Positions 42,601 to 58,505 of a stretch of DNA of 64,000 nt are shown one piece after another. The position numbers and the translations under genes were made by a program. Where the stretch lies: positions 202,430,001-202,494,000 of the forward strand of contig OZ024740.1 of NCBI GenBank assembly GCA_964016885.1, given 5' to 3'. Below the pieces are notes generated by a model, which saw only the letters and a program-made list of their open reading frames with translations, was not told the DNA's origin and made no database searches. Each line of letters starts with the position of its first letter. The first letter of the stretch is position 1. The DNA comes from Eledone cirrhosa (taxonomy: Eukaryota).

Positions 42601-45600
42601 ATGACTATGGGGTTGATACAGAACATGAACTGATGACTATGAGGTTGATACAGAACATGAACTGATGACTATGGGGTTGATACAGAACATGAACTGATGA
42701 CTATGAGGTTGATACAGAACATGAACTGATGACTATGGGGTTGATACAGAACATGAACTGATGACCATGGGGTTGATACAGAACATGAACTGATGACCAT
42801 GGGGTTGATACAGAACATGAACTGATGACCATGACGTTGATACAGAACATGAACTGATGACTATGGGGTTGATACAGAACATGAACTGATGACTATGGGG
42901 TTGATACAGAACATGAACTGATTACCATGGGGTTGATACAGAACATGAACTGATGACCATGGGGTTGATACAGAACATGAACTGATGACTATGGGGTTGA
43001 TACAGAACATGAACTGATGACCTTGGGGTTGATACAGAACATGAACTGATGACCATGGGGTTGATACAGAACATGAACTGATGACTATGACGTTGATACA
43101 GAACATGAACTGATGACTATGACGTTGATACAGAACATGAACTGATGACTATGACGTTGATACAGAACATGAACTGATGACTATGACGTTGATACAGAAT
43201 ATGAACTGATGACTATGGGGTTGATACAGAACATGAACTGATGACTATGGGGTTGATACAGAACATGAACTGATGACTATGACGTTGATACAGAACATGA
43301 ACTGATGATTATGGGGTTGATACAGAACATGAACTGATGACTATGGGGTTGATACAGAACATGAACTGATGACTATGGGGTTGATACAGAACATGAACTG
43401 ATGACCATGACGTTGATACAGAACATGAACTGATGACTATGAGGTTGATACAGAACATGAACTGATGACTATGGGGTTGATACAGAACATGAACTGATGA
43501 CTATGAGGTTGATACAGAACATGAACTGATGACTATGAGGTTGATACAGAACATGAACTGATGACTATGGGGTTGATACAGAACATGAACTGATGACTAT
43601 GGGGTTGATACAGAACATGAACTGATGACTATGAGGTTGATACAGAACATGAACTGATGACTATGGGGTTGATACAGAACATGAACTGATGACCATGACG
43701 TTGATACAGAACATGAACTGATGACTATGGGGTTGATACAGAACATGAACTGATGACTATGGGGTTGATACAGAACATGAACTGATGACTATGACGTTGA
43801 TACAGAACATGAACTGATGACCATGGGGTTGATACAGAACATGAACTGATGACTATGAGGTTGATACAGAACATGAACTGATGACCATGACGTTGATACA
43901 GAACATGAACTGATGACCATGGGGTTGATACAGAACATGAACTGATGACTATGGGGTTGATACAGAACATGAACTGATGACTATGGGGTTGATACAGAAC
44001 ATGAACTGATGACTATGGGGTTGATACAGAACATGAACTGATGACTATGGGGTTGATACAGAACATGAACTGATGACCATGACGTTGATACAGAACATGA
44101 ACTGATGACCATGGGGTTGATACAGAACATGAACTGATGACTATGGGGTTGATACAGAACATGAACTGATGACTATGGGGTTGATACAGAACATGAACTG
44201 ATGACTATGGGGTTGATACAGAACATGAACTGATGACCATGGGGTTGATACAGAACATGAACTGATGACTATGGGGTTGATACAGAACATGAACTGATGA
44301 CTATGGGGTTGATACAGAACATGAACTGATGACTATGGGGTTGATACAGAACATGAACTGATGACCATGGGGTTGATACAGAACATGAACTGATGACTAT
44401 GGGGTTGATACAGAACATGAACTGATGACTATGGGGTTGATACAGAACATGAACTGATGACTATGGGGTTGATACAGAACATGAACTGATGACTATGGGG
44501 TTGATACAGAACATGAACTGATGACTATGGGGTTGATACAGAACATGAACTGATGACTATGAGGTTGATACAGAACATGAACTGATGACTATGGGGTTGA
44601 TACAGAACATGAACTGATGACTATGGGGTTGATACAGAACATGAACTGATGACTATGGGGTTGATACAGAACATGAACTGATGACTATGACGTTGATACA
44701 GAACATGAACTGATGACCATGGGGTTGATACAGAACATGAACTGATGACTATGGGGTTGATACAGAACATGAACTGATGACCATGGGGTTGATACAGAAC
44801 ATGAACTGATGACTATGGGGTTGATACAGAACATGAACTGATGACTATGGGGTTGATACAGAACATGAACTGATGACTATGGGGTTGATACAGAACATGA
44901 ACTGATGACTATGACGTTGATACAGAACATGAACTGATGACCATGGGGTTGATACAGAACATGAACTGATGACTATGAGGTTGATACAGAACATGAACTG
45001 ATGACCATGACGTTGATACAGAACATGAACTGATGACCATGGGGTTGATACAGAACATGAACTGATGACTATGGGGTTGATACAGAACATGAACTGATGA
45101 CTATGGGGTTGATACAGAACATGAACTGATGACTATGGGGTTGATACAGAACATGAACTGATGACTATGGGGTTGATACAGAACATGAACTGATGACCAT
45201 GACGTTGATACAGAACATGAACTGATGACCATGGGGTTGATACAGAACATGAACTGATGACTATGGGGTTGATACAGAACATGAACTGATGACTATGGGG
45301 TTGATACAGAACATGAACTGATGACCATGGGGTTGATACAGAACATGAACTGATGACCATGGGGTTGATACAGAACATGAACTGATGACTATGACGTTGA
45401 TACAGAACATGAACTGATGACCATGACGTTGATACAGAACATGAACTGATGACTATGACGTTGATACAGAACATGAACTGATGACTATGGGGTTGATACA
45501 GAACATGAACTGATGACTATGGGGTTGATACAGAACATGAACTGATGACTATGGGGTTGATACAGAACATGAACTGATGACCATGGGGTTGATACAGAAC

Positions 45601-48600
45601 ATGAACTGATGACTATGGGGTTGATACAGAACATGAACTGATGACTATGGGGTTGATACAGAACATGAACTGATGACTATGGGGTTGATACAGAACATGA
45701 ACTGATGACTATGGGGTTGATACAGAACATGAACTGATGACTATGGGGTTGATACAGAACATGAACTGATGACCATGACGTTGATACAGAACATGAACTG
45801 ATGACCATGACGTTGATACAGAACATGAACTGATGATTATGGGGTTGATACAGAACATGAACTGATGACTATGAGGTTGATACAGAACATGAACTGATGA
45901 CTATGGGGTTGATACAGAACATGAACTGATGACCATGACGTTGATACAGAACATGAACTGATGACCATGACGTTGATACAGAACATGAACTGATGATTAT
46001 GGGGTTGATACAGAACATGAACTGATGACTATGGGGTTGATACAGAACATGAACTGATGACTATGGGGTTGATACAGAATATGAACTGATGACTATGGGG
46101 TTGATACAGAACATGAACTGATGACTATGGGGTTGATACAGAACATGAACTGATGACTATGGGGTTGATACAGAACATGAACTGATGACTATGAGGTTGA
46201 TACAGAACATGAACTGATGACCATGGGGTTGATACAGAACATGAACTGATGACTATGGGGTTGATACAGAACATGAACTGATGACTATGGGGTTGATACA
46301 GAACATGAACTGATGACTATGGGGTTGATACAGAACATGAACTGATGACTATGAGGTTGATACAGAACATGAACTGATGACCATGGGGTTGATACAGAAC
46401 ATGAACTGATGACTATGGGGTTGATACAGAACATGAACTGATGACTATGAGGTTGATACAGAACATGAACTGATGACTATGGGGTTGATACAGAATATGA
46501 ACTGATGACTATGGGGTTGATACAGAACATGAACTGATGACTATGGGGTTGATACAGAACATGAACTGATGACTATGGGGTTGATACAGAACATGAACTG
46601 ATGACTATGGGGTTGATACAGAACATGAACTGATGATTATGGGGTTGATACAGAACATGAACTGATGACTATGGGGTTGATACAGAACATGAACTGATGA
46701 TTATGGGGTTGATACAGAACATGAACTGATGACTATGGGGTTGATACAGAACATGAACTGATGACTATGGGGTTGATACAGAACATGAACTGATGATTAT
46801 GGGGTTGATACAGAACATGAACTGATGACCATGACGTTGATACAGAACATGAACTGATGACCATGACGTTGATACAGAACATGAACTGATGATTATGGGG
46901 TTGATACAGAACATGAACTGATGACTATGGGGTTGATACAGAACATGAACTGATGACTATGACGTTGATACAGAACATGAACTGATGACTATGGGGTTGA
47001 TACAGAACATGAACTGATGACCATGGGGTTGATACAGAACATGAACTGATGACTATGAGGTTGATACAGAACATGAACTGATGACCATGGGGTTGATACA
47101 GAACATGAACTGATGACTATGGGGTTGATACAGAATATGAACTGATGACTATGGGGTTGATACAGAACATGAACTGATGACTATGGGGTTGATACAGAAC
47201 ATGAACTGATGACTATGGGGTTGATACAGAACATGAACTGATGACTATGGGGTTGATACAGAACATGAACTGATGACTATGGGGTTGATACAGAACATGA
47301 ACTGATGACTATGGGGTTGATACAGAACATGAACTGATGATTATGAGGTTGATACAGAACATGAACTGATGACTATGGGGTTGATACAGAACATGAACTG
47401 ATGACTATGAGGTTGATACAGAACATGAACTGATGACTATGACGTTGATACAGAACATGAACTGATGACTATGGGGTTGATACAGAACATGAACTGATGA
47501 CTATGGGGTTGATACAGAACATGAACTGATGACTATGAGGTTGATACAGAACATGAACTGATGACTATGGGGTTGATACAGAACATGAACTGATGACTAT
47601 GGGGTTGATACAGAACATGAACTGATGACTATGGGGTTGATACAGAACATGAACTGATGACTATGGGGTTGATACAGAACATGAACTGATGACTATGACG
47701 TTGATACAGAACATGAACTGATGACCATGGGGTTGATACAGAACATGAACTGATGACCATGGGGTTGATACAGAACATGAACTGATGACTATGGGGTTGA
47801 TACAGAACATGAACTGATGACTATGGGGTTGATACAGAACATGAACTGATGACTATGGGGTTGATACAGAACATGAACTGATGACTATGGGGTTGATACA
47901 GAACATGAACTGATGACTATGGGGTTGATACAGAACATGAACTGATGACTATGGGGTTGATACAGAACATGAACTGATGACTATGGGGTTGATACAGAAC
48001 ATGAACTGATGACTATGGGGTTGATACAGAACATGAACTGATGACTATGGGGTTGATACAGAACATGAACTGATGACTATGGGGTTGATACAGAACATGA
48101 ACTGATGATTATGGGGTTGATACAGAACATGAACTGATGACCATGGGGTTGATACAGAACATGAACTGATGACTATGGGGTTGATACAGAACATGAACTG
48201 ATGACTATGGGGTTGATACAGAACATGAACTGATGATTATGGGGTTGATACAGAACATGAACTGATGACCATGGGGTTGATACAGAACATGAACTGATGA
48301 CTATGGGGTTGATACAGAACATGAACTGATGACTATGAGGTTGATACAGAACATGAACTGATGACTATGAGGTTGATACAGAACATGAACTGATGACTAT
48401 GACGTTGATACAGAACATGAACTGATGACTATGGGGTTGATACAGAACATGAACTGATGACTATGGGGTTGATACAGAACATGAACTGATGACTATGACG
48501 TTGATACAGAACATGAACTGATGATTATGGGGTTGATACAGAACATGAACTGATGACTATGGGGTTGATACAGAATATGAACTGATGACTATGGGGTTGA

Positions 48601-51600
48601 TACAGAACATGAACTGATGACTATGGGGTTGATACACAACATGAACTGATGACTATGACGTTGATACAGAACATGAACTGATGACTATGGGGTTGATACA
48701 GAACATGAACTGATGACTATGGGGTTGATACAGAACATGAACTGATGACTATGACGTTGATACAGAACATGAACTGATGATTATGGGGTTGATACAGAAC
48801 ATGAACTGATGACTATGGGGTTGATACAGAATATGAACTGATGACTATGGGGTTGATACAGAACATGAACTGATGACTATGGGGTTGATACACAACATGA
48901 ACTGATGACTATGAGGTTGATACAGAACATGAACTGATGACTATGGGGTTGATACAGAACATGAACTGATGATTATGGGGTTGATACAGAACATGAACTG
49001 ATGACCATGGGGTTGATACAGAACATGAACTGATGACTATGGGGTTGATACAAAACATGAACTGATGACTATGAGGTTGATACAGAACATGAACTGATGA
49101 CTATGGGGTTGATACAGAACATGAACTGATGACCATGACGTTGATACAGAACCTGAACTGATGACTATGGGGTTGATACAGAACATGAACTGATGACTAT
49201 GGGGTTGATACAGAATATGAACTGATGACTATGAGGTTGATACAGAATATGAACTGATGACTATGGGGTTGATGCAGAACATGAACTGATGACTATGGGG
49301 TTGATACAGAACATGAACTGATGACTATGGGGTTGATACAGAATATGAACTGATGATTATGGGGTTGATACAGAATATGAACTGATGACTATGGGGTTGA
49401 TACAGAACATGAACTGATGACTATGGGGTTGATGCAGAACATGAACTGATGACTATGGGGTTGATACAGAACATGAACTGATGACTATGACGTTGATACA
49501 GAACATGAACTGATGACCATGACGTTGATACAGAACATGAACTGATGACTATGGGGTTGATACAGAACATGAACTGATGACTATGGGGTTGATGCAGAAC
49601 ATGAACTGATGACTATGGGGTTGATACAGAACATGAACTGATGACTATGGAGTCGATACAGAACATGAACTGATGACTATGGGGTTGATACAGAACATGA
49701 ACTGATGACTATGACGTTGATACAGAACATGAACTGATGACTATCGGGTTGATACAGAACATGAACTGATGACTATGGGGTTGATACAGAACATGAACTG
49801 ATGACTATGACGTTGATACAGAACATGAACTGATGACTATGAGGTTGATACAGAACATGAACTGATGACTATGAGGTTGATACAGAACATGAACTGATGA
49901 CTATGAGGTTGATACAGAACATGAACTGATGACTATGGGGTTGATACAGAACATGAACTGATGATTATGGGGTTGATACAGAACATGAACTGATGACTAT
50001 GGGGTTGATACAGAACATGAACTGATGACCATGACGTTGATACAGAACATGAACTGATGACTATGGGGTTGATACAGAATATGAACTGATGACTATGGGG
50101 TTGATACAGAATATGAACTCATGACTATGACGTTGATACAGAACATGAACTGATGACTATGGGGTTGATACAGAACATGAACTGATGACTATGAGGTTGA
50201 TACAGAACATGAACTGATGACTATGACGTTGATACAGAACATGAACTGATGACTATGGGGTTGATACAGAACATGAACTGATGACTATGAGGTTGATACA
50301 GAACATGAACTGATGACTATGGGGTTGATACAGAACATGAACTGATGACTATGGGGTTGATACAGAACATGAACTGATGACTATGGGGTTGATACAGAAC
50401 ATGAACTGATGACCATGACGTTGATACAGAACATGAACTGATGACTATGACGTTGATACAGAACATGAACTGATGACTATGGGGTTGATACAGAACATGA
50501 ACTGATGACCATGGGGTTGATACAGAACATGAACTGATGACTATGACGTTGATACAGAACATGAACTGATGACTATGGGGTTGATACAGAACATGAACTG
50601 ATGACTATGGGGTTGATACAGAACATGAACTGATGACTATGGGGTTGATACAGAACATGAACTGATGACTATGGGGTTGATACAGAACATGAACTGATGA
50701 CCATGGGGTTGATACAGAACATGAACTGATGACTATGGGGTTGATACAGAACATGAACTGATGACTATGAGGTTGATACAGAACATGAACTGATGACTAT
50801 GGGGTTGATACAGAACATGAACTGATGACTATGGGGTTGATACAGAACATGAACTGATGACTATGGGGTTGATACAGAACATGAACTGATGACCATGGGG
50901 TTGATACAGAACATGAACTGATGACCATGACGTTGATACAGAACATGAACTGATGACTATGGGGTTGATACAGAACATGAACTGATGACCATGACGTTGA
51001 TACAGAACATGAACTGATGACTATGGGGTTGATACAGAACATGAACTGATGACCATGACGTTGATACAGAACATGAACTGATGATTATGGGGTTGATACA
51101 GAACATGAACTGATGACTATGACGTTGATACAGAACATGAACTGATGACTATGGGGTTGATACAGAATATGAACTGATGACTATGGGGTTGATACAGAAT
51201 ATGAACTGATGACTATGACGTTGATACAGAACATGAACTGATGACTATGGGGTTGATACAGAACATGAACTGATGACTATGGGGTTGATACAGAACATGA
51301 ACTGATGACCATGACGTTGATACAGAACATGAACTGATGACTATGACGTTGATACAGAACATGAACTGATGACTATGACGTTGATACAGAACATGAACTG
51401 ATGACCATGGGGTTGATACAGAACATGAACTGATGACTATGGGGTTGATACAGAACATGAACTGATGACTATGGGGTTGATACAGAACATGAACTGATGA
51501 CTATGGGGTTGATACAGAACATGAACTGATGACTATGGGGTTGATACAGAACATGAACTGATGACCATGACGTTGATACAGAACATGAACTGATGACTAT

Positions 51601-54600
51601 GGGGTTGATACAGAATATGAACTGATGACCATGGGGTTGATACAGAACATGAACTGATGACCATGGGGTTGATACAGAACATGAACTGATGACTATGGGG
51701 TTGATACAGAACATGAACTGATGACTATGACGTTGATACAGAACATGAACTGATGACCATGGGGTTGATACAGAACATGAACTGATGACTATGGGGTTGA
51801 TACAGAACATGAACTGATGACTATGGGGTTGATACAGAACATGAACTGATGACTATGGGGTTGATACAGAACATGAACTGATGACCATGGGGTTGATACA
51901 GAATATGAACTGATGACTATGGGGTTGATACAGAACATGAACTGATGACTATGGGGTTGATACAGAACATGAACTGATGACTATGGGGTTGATACAGAAC
52001 ATGAACTGATGACCATGACGTTGATACAGAACATGAACTGATGACTATGGGGTTGATACAGAATATGAACTGATGACCATGACGTTGATACAGAACATGA
52101 ACTGATGACTATGGGGTTGATACAGAATATGAACTGATGACTATGGGGTTGATACAGAACATGAACTGATGACTATGGGGTTGATACAGAACATGAACTG
52201 ATGACCATGACGTTGATACAGAACATGAACTGATGACTATGGGGTTGATACAGAACATGAACTGATGACCATGACGTTGATACAGAACATGAACTGATGA
52301 CTATGGGGTTGATACAGAACATGAACTGATGACTATGGGGTTGATACAGAATATGAACTGATGACTATGGGGTTGATACAGAACATGAACTGATGACTAT
52401 GACGTTGATACAGAACATGAACTGATGACTATGGGGTTGATACAGAATATGAACTGATGACCATGACGTTGATACAGAACATGAACTGATGACTATGGGG
52501 TTGATACAGAATATGAACTGATGACTATGGGGTTGATACAGAACATGAACTGATGACTATGGGGTTGATACAGAACATGAACTGATGACCATGACGTTGA
52601 TACAGAACATGAACTGATGACTATGGGGTTGATACAGAACATGAACTGATGACTATGGGGTTGATACAGAACATGAACTGATGATTATGGGGTTGATACA
52701 GAACATGAACTGATGACTATGGGGTTGATACAGAACATGAACTGATGACTATGGGGTTGATACAGAACATGAACTGATGACTATGACGTTGATACAGAAC
52801 ATGAACTGATGACTATGAGGTTGATACAGAACATGAACTGATGACTATGGGGTTGATACAGAACATGAACTGATGACTATGAGGTTGATACAGAACATGA
52901 ACTGATGACTATGAGGTTGATACAGAACATGAACTGATGACTATGGGGTTGATACAGAACATGAACTGATGACTATGGGGTTGATACAGAACATGAACTG
53001 ATGACTATGGGGTTGATACATAACATGAACTGATGACTATGGGGTTGATACAGAACATGAACTGATGACTATGGGGTTGATACAGAACATGAACTGATGA
53101 CTATGGGGTTGATACAGAACATGAACTGATGACTATGGGGTTGATACAGAACATGAACTGATGACTATGGGGTTGATACAGAACATGAACTGATGACCAT
53201 GGGGTTGATACAGAACATGAACTGATGACTATGGGGTTGATACAGAACATGAACTGATGACTATGGGGTTGATACAGAACATGAACTGATGACTATGGGG
53301 TTGATACAGAACATGAACTGATGACTATGGGGTTGATACAGAACATGAACTGATGACTATGGGGTTGATACAGAACATGAACTGATGACTATGGGGTTGA
53401 TACAGAACATGAACTGATGACTATGGGGTTGATACATAACATGAACTGATGACTATGGGGTTGATACAGAACATGAACTGATGACTATGGGGTTGATACA
53501 GAACATGAACTGATGACTATGGGGTTGATACAGAACATGAACTGATGACTATGGGGTTGATACAGAACATGAACTGATGACTATGGGGTTGATACAGAAC
53601 ATGAACTGATGACCATGGGGTTGATACAGAACATGAACTGATGACTATGGGGTTGATACAGAACATGAACTGATGACTATGGGGTTGATACAGAACATGA
53701 ACTGATGACTATGGGGTTGATACAGAACATGAACTGATGACTATGACGTTGATACAGAACATGAACTGATGACTATGGGGTTGATACAGAACATGAACTG
53801 ATGACTATGGGGTTGATACAGAACATGAACTGATGACTATGGGGTTGATACAGAACATGAACTGATGACTATGGGGTTGATACAGAACATGAACTGATGA
53901 CTATGGGGTTGATACAGAACATGAACTGATGACTATGGGGTTGATACAGAACATGAACTGATGACTATGGGGTTGATACAGAACATGAACTGATGACTAT
54001 GACGTTGATACAGAACATGAACTGATGACTATGGGGTTGATACAGAACATGAACTGATGACTATGGGGTTGATACAGAACATGAACTGATGACTATGGGG
54101 TTGATACAGAACATGAACTGATGACTATGACGTTGATACAGAACATGAACTGATGACTATGGGGTTGATACAGAACATGAACTGATGACTATGGGGTTGA
54201 TACAGAACATGAACTGATGACTATGAGGTTGATACAGAACATGAACTGATGACTATGAGGTTGATACAGAACATGAACTGATGACTATGGGGTTGATACA
54301 TAACATGAACTGATGACTATGGGGTTGATACAGAACATGAACTGATGACTATGGGGTTGATACAGAACATGAACTGATGATTATGGGGTTGATACAGAAC
54401 ATGAACTGATGATTATGGGGTTGATACAGAACATGAACTGATGACTATGAGGTTGATACAGAACATGAACTGATGACTATGGGGTTGATACAGAACATGA
54501 ACTGATGACTATGGGGTTGATACAGAACATGAACTGATGATTATGGGGTTGATACAGAACATGAACTGATGACTATGAGGTTGATACAGAACATGAACTG

Positions 54601-56858
54601 ATGACTATGGGGTTGATACAGAACATGAACTGATGACTATGAGGTTGATACAGAACATGAACTGATGACTATGGGGTTGATACAGAACATGAACTGATGA
54701 CTATGAGGTTGATACAGAACATGAACTGATGACTATGGGGTTGATACAGAACATGAACTGATGACTATGAGGTTGATACAGAACATGAACTGATGACTAT
54801 GGGGTTGATACAGAACATGAACTGATGACTATGAGGTTGATACAGAACATGAACTGATGACTATGGGGTTGATACAGAACATGAACTGATGACTATGAGG
54901 TTGATACAGAACATGAACTGATGACTATGGGGTTGATACAGAACATGAACTGATGACTATGAGGTTGATACAGAACATGAACTGATGACTATGGGGTTGA
55001 TACAGAACATGAACTGATGACTATGAGGTTGATACAGAACATGAACTGATGACTATGGGGTTGATACAGAACATGAACTGATGACTATGGGGTTGATACA
55101 GAACATGAACTGATGATTATGGGGTTGATACAGAACATGAACTGATGACTATGAGGTTGATACAGAACATGAACTGATGACTATGGGGTTGATACAGAAC
55201 ATGAACTGATGACTATGGGGTTGATACAGAACATGAACTGATGACTATGGGGTTGATACAGAACATGAACTGATGATTATGGGGTTGATACAGAACATGA
55301 ACTGATGATTATGGGGTTGATACAGAACATGAACTGATGACTATGAGGTTGATACATAACATGAACTGATGACTATGGGGTTGATACAGAACATGAACTG
55401 ATGACTATGGGGTTGATACAGAACATGAACTGATGATTATGGGGTTGATACAGAACATGAACTGATGATTATGGGGTTGATACAGAACATGAACTGATGA
55501 CTATGAGGTTGATACAGAACATGAACTGATGACTATGGGGTTGATACAGAACATGAACTGATGACCATGGGGTTAATACAGAACATGAACTGATGACCAT
55601 GGGGTTGATACAGAACATGAACTGATGACTATGAGGTTGATACAGAACATGAACTGATGACTATGGGGTTGATACAGAACATGAACTGATGACCATGGGG
55701 TTGATACAGAACATGAACTGATGATTATGGGGTTGATACAGAACATGAACTGATGACCATGGGGTTAATACAGAACATGAACTGATGACTATGGGGTTGA
55801 TACAGAACATGAACTGATGACTATGGGGTTGATACAGAACATGAACTGATGACCATGACGTTGATACAGAACATGAACTGATGACTATGACGTTGATACA
55901 GAACATGAACTGATGACTATGGGGTTGATACAGAACATGAACTGATGACTATGGGGTTGATACAGAACATGAACTGATGATTATGGGGTTGATACAGAAC
56001 ATGAACTGATGACCATGACGTTGATACAGAACATGAACTGATGACCATGGGGTTGATACAGAACATGAACTGATGACCATGACGTTGATACAGAACATGA
56101 ACTGATGACTATGACGTTGATACAGAACATGAACTGATGACTATGGGGTTGATACAGAACATGAACTGATGACTATGGGGTTGATACAGAACATGAACTG
56201 ATGACTATGGGGTTGATACAGAACATGAACTGATGACTATGGGGTTGATACAGAACATGAACTGATGACCATGGGGTTGATACAGAACATGAACTGATGA
56301 CCATGGGGTTGATACAGAACATGAACTGATGACTATGAGGTTGATACAGAACATGAACTGATGACTATGGGGTTGATACAGAACATGAACTGATGACTAT
56401 GAGGTTGATACAGAACATGAACTGATGACTATGGGGTTGATACAGAACATGAACTGATGACCATGGGGTTGATACAGAACATGAACTGATGACTATGGGG
56501 TTGATACAGAATATGAACTGATGACTATGGGGTTGATACAGAATATGAACTGATGACTATGGGGTTGATACAGAACATGAACTGATGACTATGGGGTTGA
56601 TACAGAACATGAACTGATGACTATGAGGTTGATACAGAACATGAACTGATGACTATGGGGTTGATACAGAACATGAACTGATGACCATGGGGTTGATACA
56701 GAACATGAACTGATGACTATGGGGTTGATACAGAACATGAACTGATGACTATGGGGTTGATACAGAACATGAACTGATGACTATGGGGTTGATACAGAAC
56801 ATGAACTGATGACTATGAGGTTGATACAGAACATGAACTGATGACTATGAGGTTGATA
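21604..56858. repeat. 32-bp tandem satellite, ~35.3 kb, ~1100 units, consensus GAACTGATGACTATGGGGTTGATACAGAACAT
   Basis: Uninterrupted head-to-tail array; ORF-track ends 22573 and 55661 differ by exactly 1034 x 32 bp; one 31-bp unit at ~22514. Confidence 0.99.
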
Positions 56859-57118
56859 GAAGAGAAAGTATAACAATGATTGGAGAAACAGTGATAGTAG
56901 CAAGGGTGATGATAGAGGAAGATAGATTAATGATTAACTATTGTCAAAAACATTTTCCAAATGTAACCATCTTACATTTTAGAGATAGTATATTAACAGC
57001 TAGATTATGTAATGAGTCATTTTTATATGACAGCAGAGTCTAATTTGAGGGAGATTTTGCTGCTATTCTCACTAAATCTAGTGACCATGTAAGGATTCGT
57101 TCATTGGCTCTTGGAGTG

Positions 57119-57670
57119 TTTTTTTTTTTTTTGTTATTTCAGGAGGAAGGGTCTCTGCACATGGCTTTTGAAGGCCCACTCAGACCAATGAGATTGATGT
57201 TATTGGCGTTTAATTTAAATTGTTGCAGGTCTGCAGGAAAGACATGTGCAGGGAGAGAATTCCAGAGGGACAATTTTCTGGTGAGGAAGGACTGGTAATA
57301 GGGGTTAGAGTGATCCTGGAATGATGGACACAAGGGTGATGAGGAAGAGAGGTGAGTCAAGCAATAGTGCCTTAGTGAGGGTCAGCTAGCTTCAAGGATC
57401 AGAGGTCATTATAGTAGCAGTAAAGAGACAAAACAACTGTGAGATAGAAGCTGGAGTGGGTCTGTCAGTGACTTTATGACAATTAGGCAAGTACCCGTTT
57501 TCTGGATGCAGTCTAAGATGTTCGTGTGTGTGTGGCAGGAGCACCGTCCCAGATGTGGGAGCAGTAATCCAGTGTCTCACCTGACATTGAAGACTGGAGT
57601 ATTTTCTGACTCTGAAGACAAGGGCTTTACAGTTGGATGCTCTTCTTGCTACTAAGCAGTGAACCATGAA
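57119..57670 (-). mobile_element. Degenerate CR1-group LINE 3' fragment with A-rich tail
   Basis: YYQSFLTRKLSLWNSLPAHVFP..LQQFK and LDYCSHIWDGA-like remnants; T-run at 57119-57132. Confidence 0.7.
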
Positions 57671-57923
57671 ATAGGAAGAGGAGGAACTTGAAGAAGACAA
57701 ACATCTACAGAATACAAGCATTACTACTGCTCTGTGAAGAGGAACAATTACAACAGTTTGATTAATTCACAAACTATTAATTACAAGTGACTCTAATTAC
57801 ATCAAGTTATTGTTCATTTAACATTCCAGTTATATTAATAAGAGGAATATTATTATGGCAGAATCAAGTTATTCTACCAATTATTTACAAATTTTCTAAT
57901 TTTTACAAAAATTCAGTTAAGTT

Positions 57924-57930
57924 GTATGTA

Positions 57931-57998
<68 letters not shown>

Positions 57999-58201
57999 CA
58001 CACACACACACACACATATAAATATATATGTCCCTACATATGTATACATATAAGTACACATATATGTGTGTGTAACCCATGCTAGCATGGAAAAATTGGC
58101 GTAAAACAGTGATGATGATGATATATAAATGTACATGTGTGTATATATATATATATGTATGCATATATATGTGTGTATATATATGTATATATGTGTGTGT
58201 T

Positions 58202-58233
<32 letters not shown>

Positions 58234-58236
58234 CAT

Positions 58237-58280
<44 letters not shown>
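57924..58280. repeat. (TG)/(TA)/(CA) microsatellites with a short RTE-type tail at 58074-58121
   Basis: Directly visible; AACCCATGCTAGCATGGAAAA...GATGATGATGAT. Confidence 0.85.
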
Positions 58281-58281
<1 letters not shown>

Positions 58282-58505
58282 GAGGTCTTCTGTTTATCAC
58301 AAGAATTATTGCAGTTTCTGAGTGAATTACAATAAAATGAATCATTTGTTTCTGAATAAACTCTACATTTATTGACTAGGCTTTCTCCTGTTTGTAACTC
58401 CATACACACGTAGTACATACACACGCATATAATCCACATTTTACATCCCTCTACCTATTCTTCCATGGGTTGGATGGATGAGTGAGTGTGTGTATGTGTA
58501 TATAT

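Noticed and set aside
22573-55906. Many 81-145 aa MFCINPIVISSCSVSTP ORFs
   Set aside because: The 32-bp unit cycles through all frames; ORFs appear only where a CCAT variant turns TAG into TGG, and stops recur throughout.
21604-56858. CRISPR array (32-bp repeat)
   Set aside because: No unique spacers, no cas genes, eukaryotic context.
21604-56858. Satellite as a tandem hammerhead or retrozyme because of CTGATGA
   Set aside because: GAAC rather than GAAA, no NUH site in register, no stems I-III, and 32 nt is too short.
21604-56858. Telomeric or interstitial telomeric repeat (GGGGTT)
   Set aside because: Only one hexamer per 32 bp; not tandem TTAGGG.
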